Positions 54,349 through 64,000 of a DNA stretch of 64,000 bases are shown here, in pieces. Within the stretch, counting starts at the first letter, position 1. Each line of letters begins with the position of its first letter. The position numbers and the translations under genes were made by a program. Source of the stretch: Escherichia phage PHB12. The notes beneath the pieces are model-generated. The model saw only the letters and a list, made by a program, of their open reading frames with translations, did no database searches and was not told the DNA's origin. The DNA is taken from the sequence record MK524178.1; one strand, given 5' to 3'.

Positions 54349-56162
54349 TGAAACAAAATATTAAAATTGGGAACGTCGTTGATGACGGACAAGGCGATTA
54401 CCTTCGTCGTGGTGGTGCAAAAATTAATGAAAACTTTGATGAGTTGTATTATGAATTAGGCGATGGCGAAGTTCCGTATTCCGCTGGTGCCTGGAAAACA
54501 TACCATTCTTCAGATGGACTTAATTTAGCTGCTGAATGGGGTAAATCATACGCAATTGATACTTCAACAGGGCGTGTTTCTATAAATTTACCTAAAGGAA
54601 CAGTGGAAGATTATAATAAAGTAATTAGAGCCCGTGATGTATTCGCCACATGGAATATTAACCCTGTAACATTAATTGCTGCCAGTGGTGATACTATTAA
54701 AGGTTCTTCTAGCCCAGTAGAAATCAATGTGCAGTTTTCAGACTTAGAATTAGTTTACTGCTCTCCTGGGCGCTGGGAATACGTTAAAAATAAACAAATA
54801 GACAAAATTACTAGTTCTGATATTAGTAGTGTAGCTCGTAAAGAATTTTTAGTCGAAGTTCAAGGTCAAACTGATTTTCTTGATGTATTTGGGTCTGTTT
54901 CTTATAATGTGAATAATATCCGTGTAAAACATCGTGGTAACGAATTATACTACGGTGATGCGTTCAGTGACAATAGTGACTTTGGTTCTCCAGGAGCTAA
55001 TCCTGGAGAAATCGTTGCATTAGATGGTAAAAACATCCGTTTAAGACAACCATGTAATATTGGCGACACCGTACAAATTGAAACCTTTTTGGATGGGATT
55101 ACACAATTACGCAGTTCTTATTCTCGCCGCCAAATACGTATTTTAGATTCGAAATTAACAACCCGTCCTTCCTTAGAAGGAAGTGTATATGTCGCTGATT
55201 TGTCAACTTTGAAATCTATTCCTTTTTCGGCATTTGGAGTTAATCCTTCAGAACCGGTCAATACCAATTCTTTAGAAGTTCGTTTTAATGGTATTCTTCA
55301 AGAATTAGCTGGTACTGTTGGTTTACCTATGTTCAGATGTGAAGGTGCTGATGCAGAAACTTCTACCGAGTGTTCAGCTTTAGGTGGGACTTGGGTTACA
55401 TCTAACACCGATTATTCTATTGAATATGATGATAACGATGCAACTATTGCACGTGCTTTAGTCTTTGACCGTAAGTTTGAAGACCAAGACATTATTGATA
55501 TTACATGGTTTAATAACGATTTAGGCACTTTATTAAGTATCGATGACATTTTAGATACAACTGATGAAAAGTATGTCGCACAAGGTGCAACCGTAAATGT
55601 GACCGGCGATGTGGCTTTGACCGATTTCAATAATATCGGATGGCCTAATGTAGAATCTGTTCCGGCATATAGCAGGGAATTCTCATCTATTGCAAATATT
55701 TTTAACACTATTTACCCTGTCGGTACTATTTACGAAAATGCAGTGAACCCTAATAACCCAGCCACGTATTTAGGATTTGGTTCTTGGAAATTATGGGGAC
55801 AAGGAAAAGTATTAGTTGGATGGAACGACGATATTAGCGATCCTAATTTTGCATTAAATAATAACGACCTTGATTCTAGCGGGAATCCTACACATACCGC
55901 CGGTGGAACAGTCGGAACAACGTCTAACACACTAACTAATTCTGATTTACCTCCTACTCAAACTGACGAGAAAGTTCTTATTTCCGATGAGAACGGTACA
56001 ATTATTATTGGTGGATGTCAATACGACCCTGATGCAGAAGGTCCTATATACACCAAATACCGTGAAGGCCACGCCACAACGAATAGTACACACATACCGC
56101 CTCAAGCCGTAAATAATATTCAACCGTCAATTACCGTATACCGTTGGGTAAGGATTGCATAA
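54348..56162 (+). CDS. 10: baseplate wedge and tail pin protein gp10
   Basis: 604 aa; position and size match T4 gp10. Confidence 0.85.
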   Translation: MKQNIKIGNVVDDGQGDYLRRGGAKINENFDELYYELGDGEVPYSAGAWKTYHSSDGLNLAAEWGKSYAIDTSTGRVSINLPKGTVEDYNKVIRARDVFATWNINPVTLIAASGDTIKGSSSPVEINVQFSDLELVYCSPGRWEYVKNKQIDKITSSDISSVARKEFLVEVQGQTDFLDVFGSVSYNVNNIRVKHRGNELYYGDAFSDNSDFGSPGANPGEIVALDGKNIRLRQPCNIGDTVQIETFLDGITQLRSSYSRRQIRILDSKLTTRPSLEGSVYVADLSTLKSIPFSAFGVNPSEPVNTNSLEVRFNGILQELAGTVGLPMFRCEGADAETSTECSALGGTWVTSNTDYSIEYDDNDATIARALVFDRKFEDQDIIDITWFNNDLGTLLSIDDILDTTDEKYVAQGATVNVTGDVALTDFNNIGWPNVESVPAYSREFSSIANIFNTIYPVGTIYENAVNPNNPATYLGFGSWKLWGQGKVLVGWNDDISDPNFALNNNDLDSSGNPTHTAGGTVGTTSNTLTNSDLPPTQTDEKVLISDENGTIIIGGCQYDPDAEGPIYTKYREGHATTNSTHIPPQAVNNIQPSITVYRWVRIA

Positions 56163-56821
56163 TGACAATACTTAATACTAAAGCGGGAGTAATATCCCGC
56201 GAAGCAGATTTTTTAGGATTTAGAAAAAATCCTACTCAAATTGATATTTTAAACAACCAAGGCGTAGGTTCTGTAACCATTTCTCAATTGGCAAAAGGAT
56301 TCTACGATGATAACGTAGAATCTGCAATAAACGATGTTCATAATATTGCTAGAGCAGATGTAGGAACAGTTACAATTAACACCTCAGGTGTATCTCCTGA
56401 AGGAACTTCACAGGTAGATTATTGGTCCTTTAGTGGAAGTGTAACTGACCCTAGTTTGCCCGATGGAAGCCCTGTTATTGTAAAAGTTTACGGGCTTCCT
56501 GTTAATGCTACTGTAGGTATGACAGCCGACGAATTTGTTGTACAATTACGTACTACTCTCCAGAATGCGATTTCCGACCAATTGGCTATTGCAGAGTATA
56601 AAGATGACCCTACTGTTGGGACTAAATTACAAATAACATATTTAGATAACCAAAGACACGTACTCCCAACGTATTCCGCTTATGGTATCACGGTTTCTCA
56701 AGAAATAGTGTCTCAGGCTAAGTCCGGGTACGGCACTTGGAATTTACTAGGTGCGCAAACCCTTACTCTTGACAACCATAATTCACCTACAACCTTTTAT
56801 TATTTTGTGAGAACCGCATGA
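56162..56821 (+). CDS. 11: baseplate wedge and tail pin protein gp11
   Basis: Start at ATG 56162 overlapping gp10 stop (TAATG); [20 protein letters not shown]... matches T4 gp11; 219 aa. Confidence 0.85.
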   Translation: MTILNTKAGVISREADFLGFRKNPTQIDILNNQGVGSVTISQLAKGFYDDNVESAINDVHNIARADVGTVTINTSGVSPEGTSQVDYWSFSGSVTDPSLPDGSPVIVKVYGLPVNATVGMTADEFVVQLRTTLQNAISDQLAIAEYKDDPTVGTKLQITYLDNQRHVLPTYSAYGITVSQEIVSQAKSGYGTWNLLGAQTLTLDNHNSPTTFYYFVRTA

Positions 56822-58368
56822 GTAACAATACATATCAACACGTTTCAAACGAATCTGTATATGTTGAATTTGACCCTACCGGGTCAAATTTTGATAGTTC
56901 AATAACCAATGTCCAGGCAGCCTTAGCCTCAATTAGCGCATACGGTGTTAAAGGTGTTCCGGACGCAAGCGAAGCAGAAAAAGGTGTAATTCAATTAGCG
57001 TCAGAACAAGAAGTTCTTGATGGATTTAATAGTACTAAAGCCGTTACACCAGCCACATTAAATGCAAGACTTCAGTATCCGAACGCGTCAGAAACACAGT
57101 ACGGCGTAACTAAATATGCAACACAAGAGGAGGCCATTGCTGGCACTTTAGACACTGTTTCTATTACTCCGCTTAAATTAAACCAAACTATTGATAACAC
57201 TTTCTCTACTCGTTATTCAACAGAAACAACTAACGGTGTTATTAAAATTGCAACTCAAACCGCTGCACTTGCTGGGTCTGATGACACCACAGCAATGACT
57301 CCGCTTAAAACGCAACAATTAACAATAAAATTAATTTCTCAAATAGCTCCTAATAACGACCCGGCTTCAGAATCTATTACCGGTGTTGTGCGTTTAGCTA
57401 CGGTGGCTCAAACACGTCAAGGAACTCTTCGCGAAGGATATGCAATTTCCCCGTATACCTTTATGAATTCTGTTGCAACACAAGAATATAAAGGTGTTAT
57501 ACGTCTAGGAACACAAGCGGAAATTAATAGCAATTTGGGAGATGTTGCTGTAACAGGTGAAACGCTAAATGGTAGAGGAGCTACCGGTTCTATGCGTGGA
57601 GTCGTAAAATTAACGACGCAGGCTGGTATTGCCCCTGAAGGCGATAGCTCTGGAGCATTAGCATGGAACGCAGATGTAATTAATACACGCGGTGGGCAAA
57701 CTATTAATGGTTCTTTAAATTTAGATCACCTCACAGCAAATGGAATTTGGTCGCGTGGCGGAATGTGGAAAAACGGTGACCAGCCAGTTGCAACAGAGAG
57801 ATATGCATCTGAACGTGTTCCTGTTGGAACAATTCAAATGTTCGCAGGTGATAGCGCTCCTCCAGGTTGGGTTTTATGTCATGGTGGGACCATTTCTGGA
57901 GACCAATTTCCGGACTATCGAAATGTGGTTGGAACAAGATTTGGCGGTGATTGGAATAATCCTGGAATTCCGGATATGCGCGGTCTTTTTGTTAGAGGAG
58001 CTGGTACTGGCAGTCATATTTTAAATAATCGGGGCCAAGACGGCTATGGAAAGGATAGATTAGGTGTAGGATGTGACGGCATGCATGTTGGTGGTGTCCA
58101 AGCACAACAAATGTCATATCATAAACATGCCGGTGGATGGGGCGAATATCAACGTCATGAGGCACCGTTCGGAGCATCCGTATATCAAGGTTATTTGGGT
58201 ACTAGAAAATACTCTGATTGGGATAACGCATCATATTTCACAAATGACGGCTTCGAATTAGGTGGTCACCGCGACGCAACAGGCACTCTTAACCGTGAAG
58301 GACTTATCGGATATGAGACTCGTCCATGGAATATATCTTTAAATTATATTATTAAAGTCCATTACTAA
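56818..58368 (+). CDS. 12: short tail fibre protein gp12
   Basis: 516 aa; repetitive N-terminal region ([16 protein letters not shown] repeats) typical of gp12; position after gene 11. Confidence 0.85.
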   Translation: MSNNTYQHVSNESVYVEFDPTGSNFDSSITNVQAALASISAYGVKGVPDASEAEKGVIQLASEQEVLDGFNSTKAVTPATLNARLQYPNASETQYGVTKYATQEEAIAGTLDTVSITPLKLNQTIDNTFSTRYSTETTNGVIKIATQTAALAGSDDTTAMTPLKTQQLTIKLISQIAPNNDPASESITGVVRLATVAQTRQGTLREGYAISPYTFMNSVATQEYKGVIRLGTQAEINSNLGDVAVTGETLNGRGATGSMRGVVKLTTQAGIAPEGDSSGALAWNADVINTRGGQTINGSLNLDHLTANGIWSRGGMWKNGDQPVATERYASERVPVGTIQMFAGDSAPPGWVLCHGGTISGDQFPDYRNVVGTRFGGDWNNPGIPDMRGLFVRGAGTGSHILNNRGQDGYGKDRLGVGCDGMHVGGVQAQQMSYHKHAGGWGEYQRHEAPFGASVYQGYLGTRKYSDWDNASYFTNDGFELGGHRDATGTLNREGLIGYETRPWNISLNYIIKVHY

Positions 58369-58377
58369 GGGTAAAAA

Positions 58378-59820
58378 ATGATCGAATTAAAAAGTCTACC
58401 ATATGTTGATGGCCCTCCTGATGAGGGTCAAAAACGTTTAAACTGGATTAAAAATTCAGAAGAAATAACTGGCGCTGATACGTTATACGGTTCTGAAGGA
58501 GTAATGAACCGTCCAATAACAGAAGTTCAACGAAATGTAGAAACAATTAACGATAACGTTAAGACTATCGCAGAATCTTTAGATACCGCTAATGCTGATA
58601 TTGTCACAATTAAAAGTATCTTGGATGTTTCTGGTGACGTAGATGCTTTAGCACAAATTGGACATAACACTGATGATATTGAAGTATTAAAACACACTGT
58701 AAATTCACACGGTGTTGATATTTTAAACACTGAAGAAAAACTAGATGATACTATTGCTAATATCGGAGTAGTTAATCCAGAAACAGATTCGGTGTATCGT
58801 ACGGTGCGTAACGACCTTCTTTGGATTAAAACCGAATTAGGGCAATATACTGGACAAGATATTAATGGTGTCCCAACCGAAGGTAATGAAAGCACCGGGA
58901 TGAAACGACGTATTATTACTAACAGTTCAGTGTTGGTTGACCAAGGCGTTCGTTTAACCGAGTTAGAAAATAAATTTGCCGATTCTGATGTTGGGGCTCT
59001 GACAACTGAAGTTGAAAACCTCCGTCAAGAAATAGGTCCTAGACCATCGTTAACAGTACCGGTTTACACTCGTTTATCTGGTATTGATTCATCCATTTCT
59101 ATCCAAACCAGAGATATTGCGGCATTAAAAGATTTTGTTGGATATCCTAATTCAACCGCTATTAAAACTCAAGTCGAGGCCAATCGTCTTTCTATATCAG
59201 CAATAAATTCAGACATTAACTCGCCTGGTGGTATTAAACCACGTTTGACAACGTTAGAAACTACTGTAGGCTCTCCAGATTTACCGACTACTCTTCAGGG
59301 TAAGATCAAATTAAATACCGATTCCATTTCAGGTATTAACACAGTTTTAGGTGTTGATTCTTCTAGTGGTTTACGTTTTAACGTAGCATGGCTTAATCAG
59401 GTGGTTGGCGTTGATTCAAATGGTGGACAACCTGAACCGGCTGGTTCACTTTTATATAGGACTCGTATTCTTGAAACGGGTGTTACTGACCTAGGCAATA
59501 ACATTCAAAACGTTCAAACCGAATTGGGAACTAATTCGTCCGGTATTAAAGGACAAGTGACTAGTTTAAATAAACTTATAAGCGGCACTAACCCAAACGG
59601 TCAAACCATAGAAGAACGTGGTATATTGCCAACAGTTAAAAACCATGACACGACAATTATGGCTTTAACTACGCGTGTTACCACTTTAGAAACAGACCTT
59701 GCTGCAGCAGAAGCAGAAATTCAGGCCCTTAAAGAGGCTGGATATATCGAAGATGCTCCTTCAGACGGTAAATTCTATGTTCGTAAAGATGGTGCTTGGG
59801 TTGAACTTCCTACAGCTTAA
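58378..59820 (+). CDS. wac: fibritin (whisker antigen control) Wac
   Basis: 480 aa; long coiled coil with C-terminal foldon-like ...GYIEDAPSDGKFYVRKDGAWVELPTA. Confidence 0.9.
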   Translation: MIELKSLPYVDGPPDEGQKRLNWIKNSEEITGADTLYGSEGVMNRPITEVQRNVETINDNVKTIAESLDTANADIVTIKSILDVSGDVDALAQIGHNTDDIEVLKHTVNSHGVDILNTEEKLDDTIANIGVVNPETDSVYRTVRNDLLWIKTELGQYTGQDINGVPTEGNESTGMKRRIITNSSVLVDQGVRLTELENKFADSDVGALTTEVENLRQEIGPRPSLTVPVYTRLSGIDSSISIQTRDIAALKDFVGYPNSTAIKTQVEANRLSISAINSDINSPGGIKPRLTTLETTVGSPDLPTTLQGKIKLNTDSISGINTVLGVDSSSGLRFNVAWLNQVVGVDSNGGQPEPAGSLLYRTRILETGVTDLGNNIQNVQTELGTNSSGIKGQVTSLNKLISGTNPNGQTIEERGILPTVKNHDTTIMALTTRVTTLETDLAAAEAEIQALKEAGYIEDAPSDGKFYVRKDGAWVELPTA

Positions 59821-59826
59821 TGAAAA

Positions 59827-59840
59827 GGGCCTTCGGGCCC
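59827..59840 (+). other. stable hairpin after wac (GGGCC-UUCG-GGCCC), terminator candidate without U-run
   Basis: Perfect 5-bp GC stem with UUCG tetraloop directly after the wac stop. Confidence 0.4.
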
Positions 59841-59852
59841 TAAAGGATTTAT

Positions 59853-60779
59853 ATGTCAGGTTATAATGCACAAAACCCTAAAGAATTAAAGGATGTAATA
59901 TTACGTCGTTTAGGCGCTCCTATTGTAAATGTTGAATTAACTACAGATCAAATTTATGATTGTATTTCACGAGCGTTAGAACTTTATGGTGAATACCATT
60001 TTGACGGGTTGAATAAAGGTTTCCATGTATTTTTTGTTGATGACGAAGAAAAATACCGTCACGGCGTATTTGATATGCGTGGTTCTAACGTATTTGCTGT
60101 AACAAGAATTATAAGAACAAACATTGGCTCTATTACTTCAATGGATGGTAATGCAACTTATCCTTGGTTCACTGATTTCCTTTTAGGAATGGCCGGTGTT
60201 TCAGGTGGTATGGGTAGTAATTGTGGTAAATTCTATGGACCGAACGCTTTTGGCGCTGACCTTGGGTATTATTCTCAATTAGTATCTTATATGGGTATGC
60301 TTCAAGATATGATTGCTCCTCTTCCAGATTTTTGGTTTAACTCTGCAAACGAGCAATTAAAAGTAATGGGTAACTTTAGACAGAAAGATGTCATTATTGT
60401 TGAATCGTATGTTCGTTCTTATATTGAGACCCATAAGATGGTAGGAAATACAGTAGGTTATGGGCAGGTCGGTCCTCGTGATTCATGGTCTATTTCTGAA
60501 CGTTATGATAATCCAGACCATAATTTGGTCGGACGACGAGTTGGTGAAGATCCTGCAACTAAACAAGGCGCATATAACAACCGCTGGGTTAAAGATTATG
60601 CAACTGCATTAGCTAAAGAGCTTAATGGGCAAATTCTTGCTAAACATCAAGGTATGATGTTACCGGGTGGCGTCACTGTTGATGGGGTTCGATTAATTGA
60701 AGAAGCTCGTTTAGAGAAAGAAGCTTTACGAGAAGAGTTATATTTACTGGACCCTCCTGCTGGTATTTTGGTAGGTTAA
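59853..60779 (+). CDS. 13: neck protein gp13
   Basis: 308 aa; position and size match T4 gp13. Confidence 0.85.
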   Translation: MSGYNAQNPKELKDVILRRLGAPIVNVELTTDQIYDCISRALELYGEYHFDGLNKGFHVFFVDDEEKYRHGVFDMRGSNVFAVTRIIRTNIGSITSMDGNATYPWFTDFLLGMAGVSGGMGSNCGKFYGPNAFGADLGYYSQLVSYMGMLQDMIAPLPDFWFNSANEQLKVMGNFRQKDVIIVESYVRSYIETHKMVGNTVGYGQVGPRDSWSISERYDNPDHNLVGRRVGEDPATKQGAYNNRWVKDYATALAKELNGQILAKHQGMMLPGGVTVDGVRLIEEARLEKEALREELYLLDPPAGILVG

Positions 60780-60780
60780 T

Positions 60781-61545
60781 ATGGCAACTTATGATAAAAA
60801 TCTTTTCGCCAAACTAGAAAATCGCGGTGGGTATTCTCAGACAAATGAGACCGAAATCCTCAATCCATTTGTCAATTTTAATAACTACGAGAATAGTCAG
60901 ACATTAGCCGATGTTCTAGTGGCAGAAAGCATACAGATGCGCGGTATTGAATGTTTTTATGTTCCACGTGAATATGTTGCTGTGGACCTTATCTTTGGTG
61001 AGGACCTTAAAAATAAATTTACTAAAGCATGGAAATTTGCTGCATATCTGAACTCATTTGAAGGTTATGAAGGAGCGAAATCGTTCTTCAGCAACTTCGG
61101 AATGCAAGTTCAAGACGAAGTTACATTATCTATTAACCCAGGTCTTTTCAAACACCAGGTCAACAATCAGGAGCCCAAGGAAGGTGATTTAATATACTTC
61201 CCAATGGACAACAGTTTGTTTGAGATTAACTGGGTTGAACCATATGACCCATTCTATCAAGTAGGTAAAAATGCGATTCGTAAAATTACTGCAGGCAAGT
61301 TTATTTACTCTGGTGAAGAAATCAATCCGGTGCTTCAGAAAAATGAAGGTATCAATATACCTGAATTTAGTGACTTGGAACTTAACCCTGTTAGAAATCT
61401 TGACGGTATCCATGACATTAATATCGATGAATATTCTGAAGTTGAGCAAATCAATTCAGAGGCAAGTGAATACGTTGAGCCGTATGTAGTAGTTAACAAC
61501 CGTGGTAGACAAAATTCACCCTTTGATGACGGATTTATGAATTAA
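60781..61545 (+). CDS. 14: neck protein gp14
   Basis: 254 aa; position and size match T4 gp14. Confidence 0.85.
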   Translation: MATYDKNLFAKLENRGGYSQTNETEILNPFVNFNNYENSQTLADVLVAESIQMRGIECFYVPREYVAVDLIFGEDLKNKFTKAWKFAAYLNSFEGYEGAKSFFSNFGMQVQDEVTLSINPGLFKHQVNNQEPKEGDLIYFPMDNSLFEINWVEPYDPFYQVGKNAIRKITAGKFIYSGEEINPVLQKNEGINIPEFSDLELNPVRNLDGIHDINIDEYSEVEQINSEASEYVEPYVVVNNRGRQNSPFDDGFMN

Positions 61546-61567
61546 TAAATAGATAAGATAAAGCAAA

Positions 61568-61585
61568 CACCGGTCGAAAGGCCGG
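61568..61585 (+). other. hairpin with GAAA tetraloop between genes 14 and 15
   Basis: Stem ACCGGTC/GGCCGGT (one G-U pair) with GAAA loop, ending 4 nt before the gene 15 RBS. Confidence 0.4.
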
Positions 61586-61594
61586 TTAGGAGAA

Positions 61595-62419
61595 ATGATG
61601 TTTGGCTATTTTTACAACTCGTCGTTCAGGCGATATATCACAATGATGGGCGATTTGTTTTCAAATATCCAAGTTAACCGTCAATTGTCTACAGGCAATA
61701 AATTAATTAGGGTTCCTATTACGTATGCATCTAAAGAGCACTTTATGATGAAACTTAATAAATGGACCTCTATAAACTCACAAGAAGATGTGGCTAAAGT
61801 CGAAACTATTCTACCACGTATAAATCTCCAAATGGTAGATTTCGTTTATAACCCAACGTTTAAAACGAATATATTGAATAACTCTCTTTTGAGTAAATCG
61901 ACTAAGGATATTGTAGACCAATACAACCCATCACCAATTAAAATGATTTTTGAACTGAGCATCTTTACTCGTTATGAAGATGATATGTTCCAAATCGTTG
62001 AGCAAATTATTCCATATTTTCAGCCGCATTTTAATACGACTATGATTGAGCAATATGGGCAGGATATTCCATTTGAAAGGGATATTAAAGTCGTATGGAT
62101 GTCAGCAGCAATGGATGAACAAATAGACGGTGATAATTTATCCCGTCGACGTTTAGAGTGGTCATTAACATTTGAAGTAAATGGATGGATGTATCCTCCG
62201 GTAGGCGCAGCAGAAGGCCTTATTAAAACGACTTATCTTGATTTTCATGCTAATGAACGAGACCTTCAAACAGCCGCCAGCGTTTTTGAATCAGTTGATA
62301 CAGAAATTAAACCGAGAGACGTTGAAGCACAAGATTGGAATGGCGAAGTTGAACAAACTTATACTCATGATATTCCAATCCCGACTCCACCAACCCCTCC
62401 TGGTCCTAGAAAACAATAA
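61595..62419 (+). CDS. 15: tail sheath stabiliser / tail terminator gp15
   Basis: 274 aa; MFGYFYNSSFRRYITMMGDLFSNIQ... matches T4 gp15 as recalled. Confidence 0.9.
   Translation: MMFGYFYNSSFRRYITMMGDLFSNIQVNRQLSTGNKLIRVPITYASKEHFMMKLNKWTSINSQEDVAKVETILPRINLQMVDFVYNPTFKTNILNNSLLSKSTKDIVDQYNPSPIKMIFELSIFTRYEDDMFQIVEQIIPYFQPHFNTTMIEQYGQDIPFERDIKVVWMSAAMDEQIDGDNLSRRRLEWSLTFEVNGWMYPPVGAAEGLIKTTYLDFHANERDLQTAASVFESVDTEIKPRDVEAQDWNGEVEQTYTHDIPIPTPPTPPGPRKQ

Positions 62420-64000
<1,581 letters not shown>

Noticed and set aside
45597-58895. Minus-strand ORFs inside late structural genes (45597-45809, 46066-46386, 50421-50624, 55412-55708, 57731-57937, 58527-58895 and others)
   Set aside because: Each is fully embedded in a long, conserved plus-strand structural gene; they are shadow frames.

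Overview
This window is a T4-like (Tevenvirinae-type) myovirus genome segment running from the 3' part of gene 45 to the 5' part of gene 17. Calls rest on reading the six-frame translations against recalled T4 protein sequences, gene order and motifs; no database search was possible. Early and middle genes lie on the minus strand (1-44166): sliding clamp gp45, rpbA, gp46/gp47 recombination nuclease, late sigma gp55, an nrdH-like glutaredoxin, nrdG, nrdD, endonuclease VII (gp49), nrdC, rI, tk, a macro-domain protein, a lytic transglycosylase, regB, a GrcA-like glycyl-radical protein, ipI and further internal-protein-like genes, denV, lysozyme e, nudE, two tRNAs, 57B (Acb1), 57A, and genes 1, 3, 2, 4. 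Late structural genes follow on the plus strand from 44228: gp53, gp5, gp5.1, gp5.4, gp6-gp12, wac, gp13-gp16 and the start of gp17. A divergent late-promoter pair sits at 44178-44200. The accessory stretches between nrdC and tk (about 12956-22437) and between nudE and the tRNAs (about 31252-37557) hold most of the unexplained content: a predicted nucleotidyltransferase coupled to a membrane protein, three consecutive coiled-coil-tailed proteins, a P-loop ATPase, a tandem family of small proteins ending in W-x-SS-x-x-C, and a dispersed family of early-promoter stem-loop cassettes. The T4 alpha-gt gene and the nrdD intron are absent at their usual positions.
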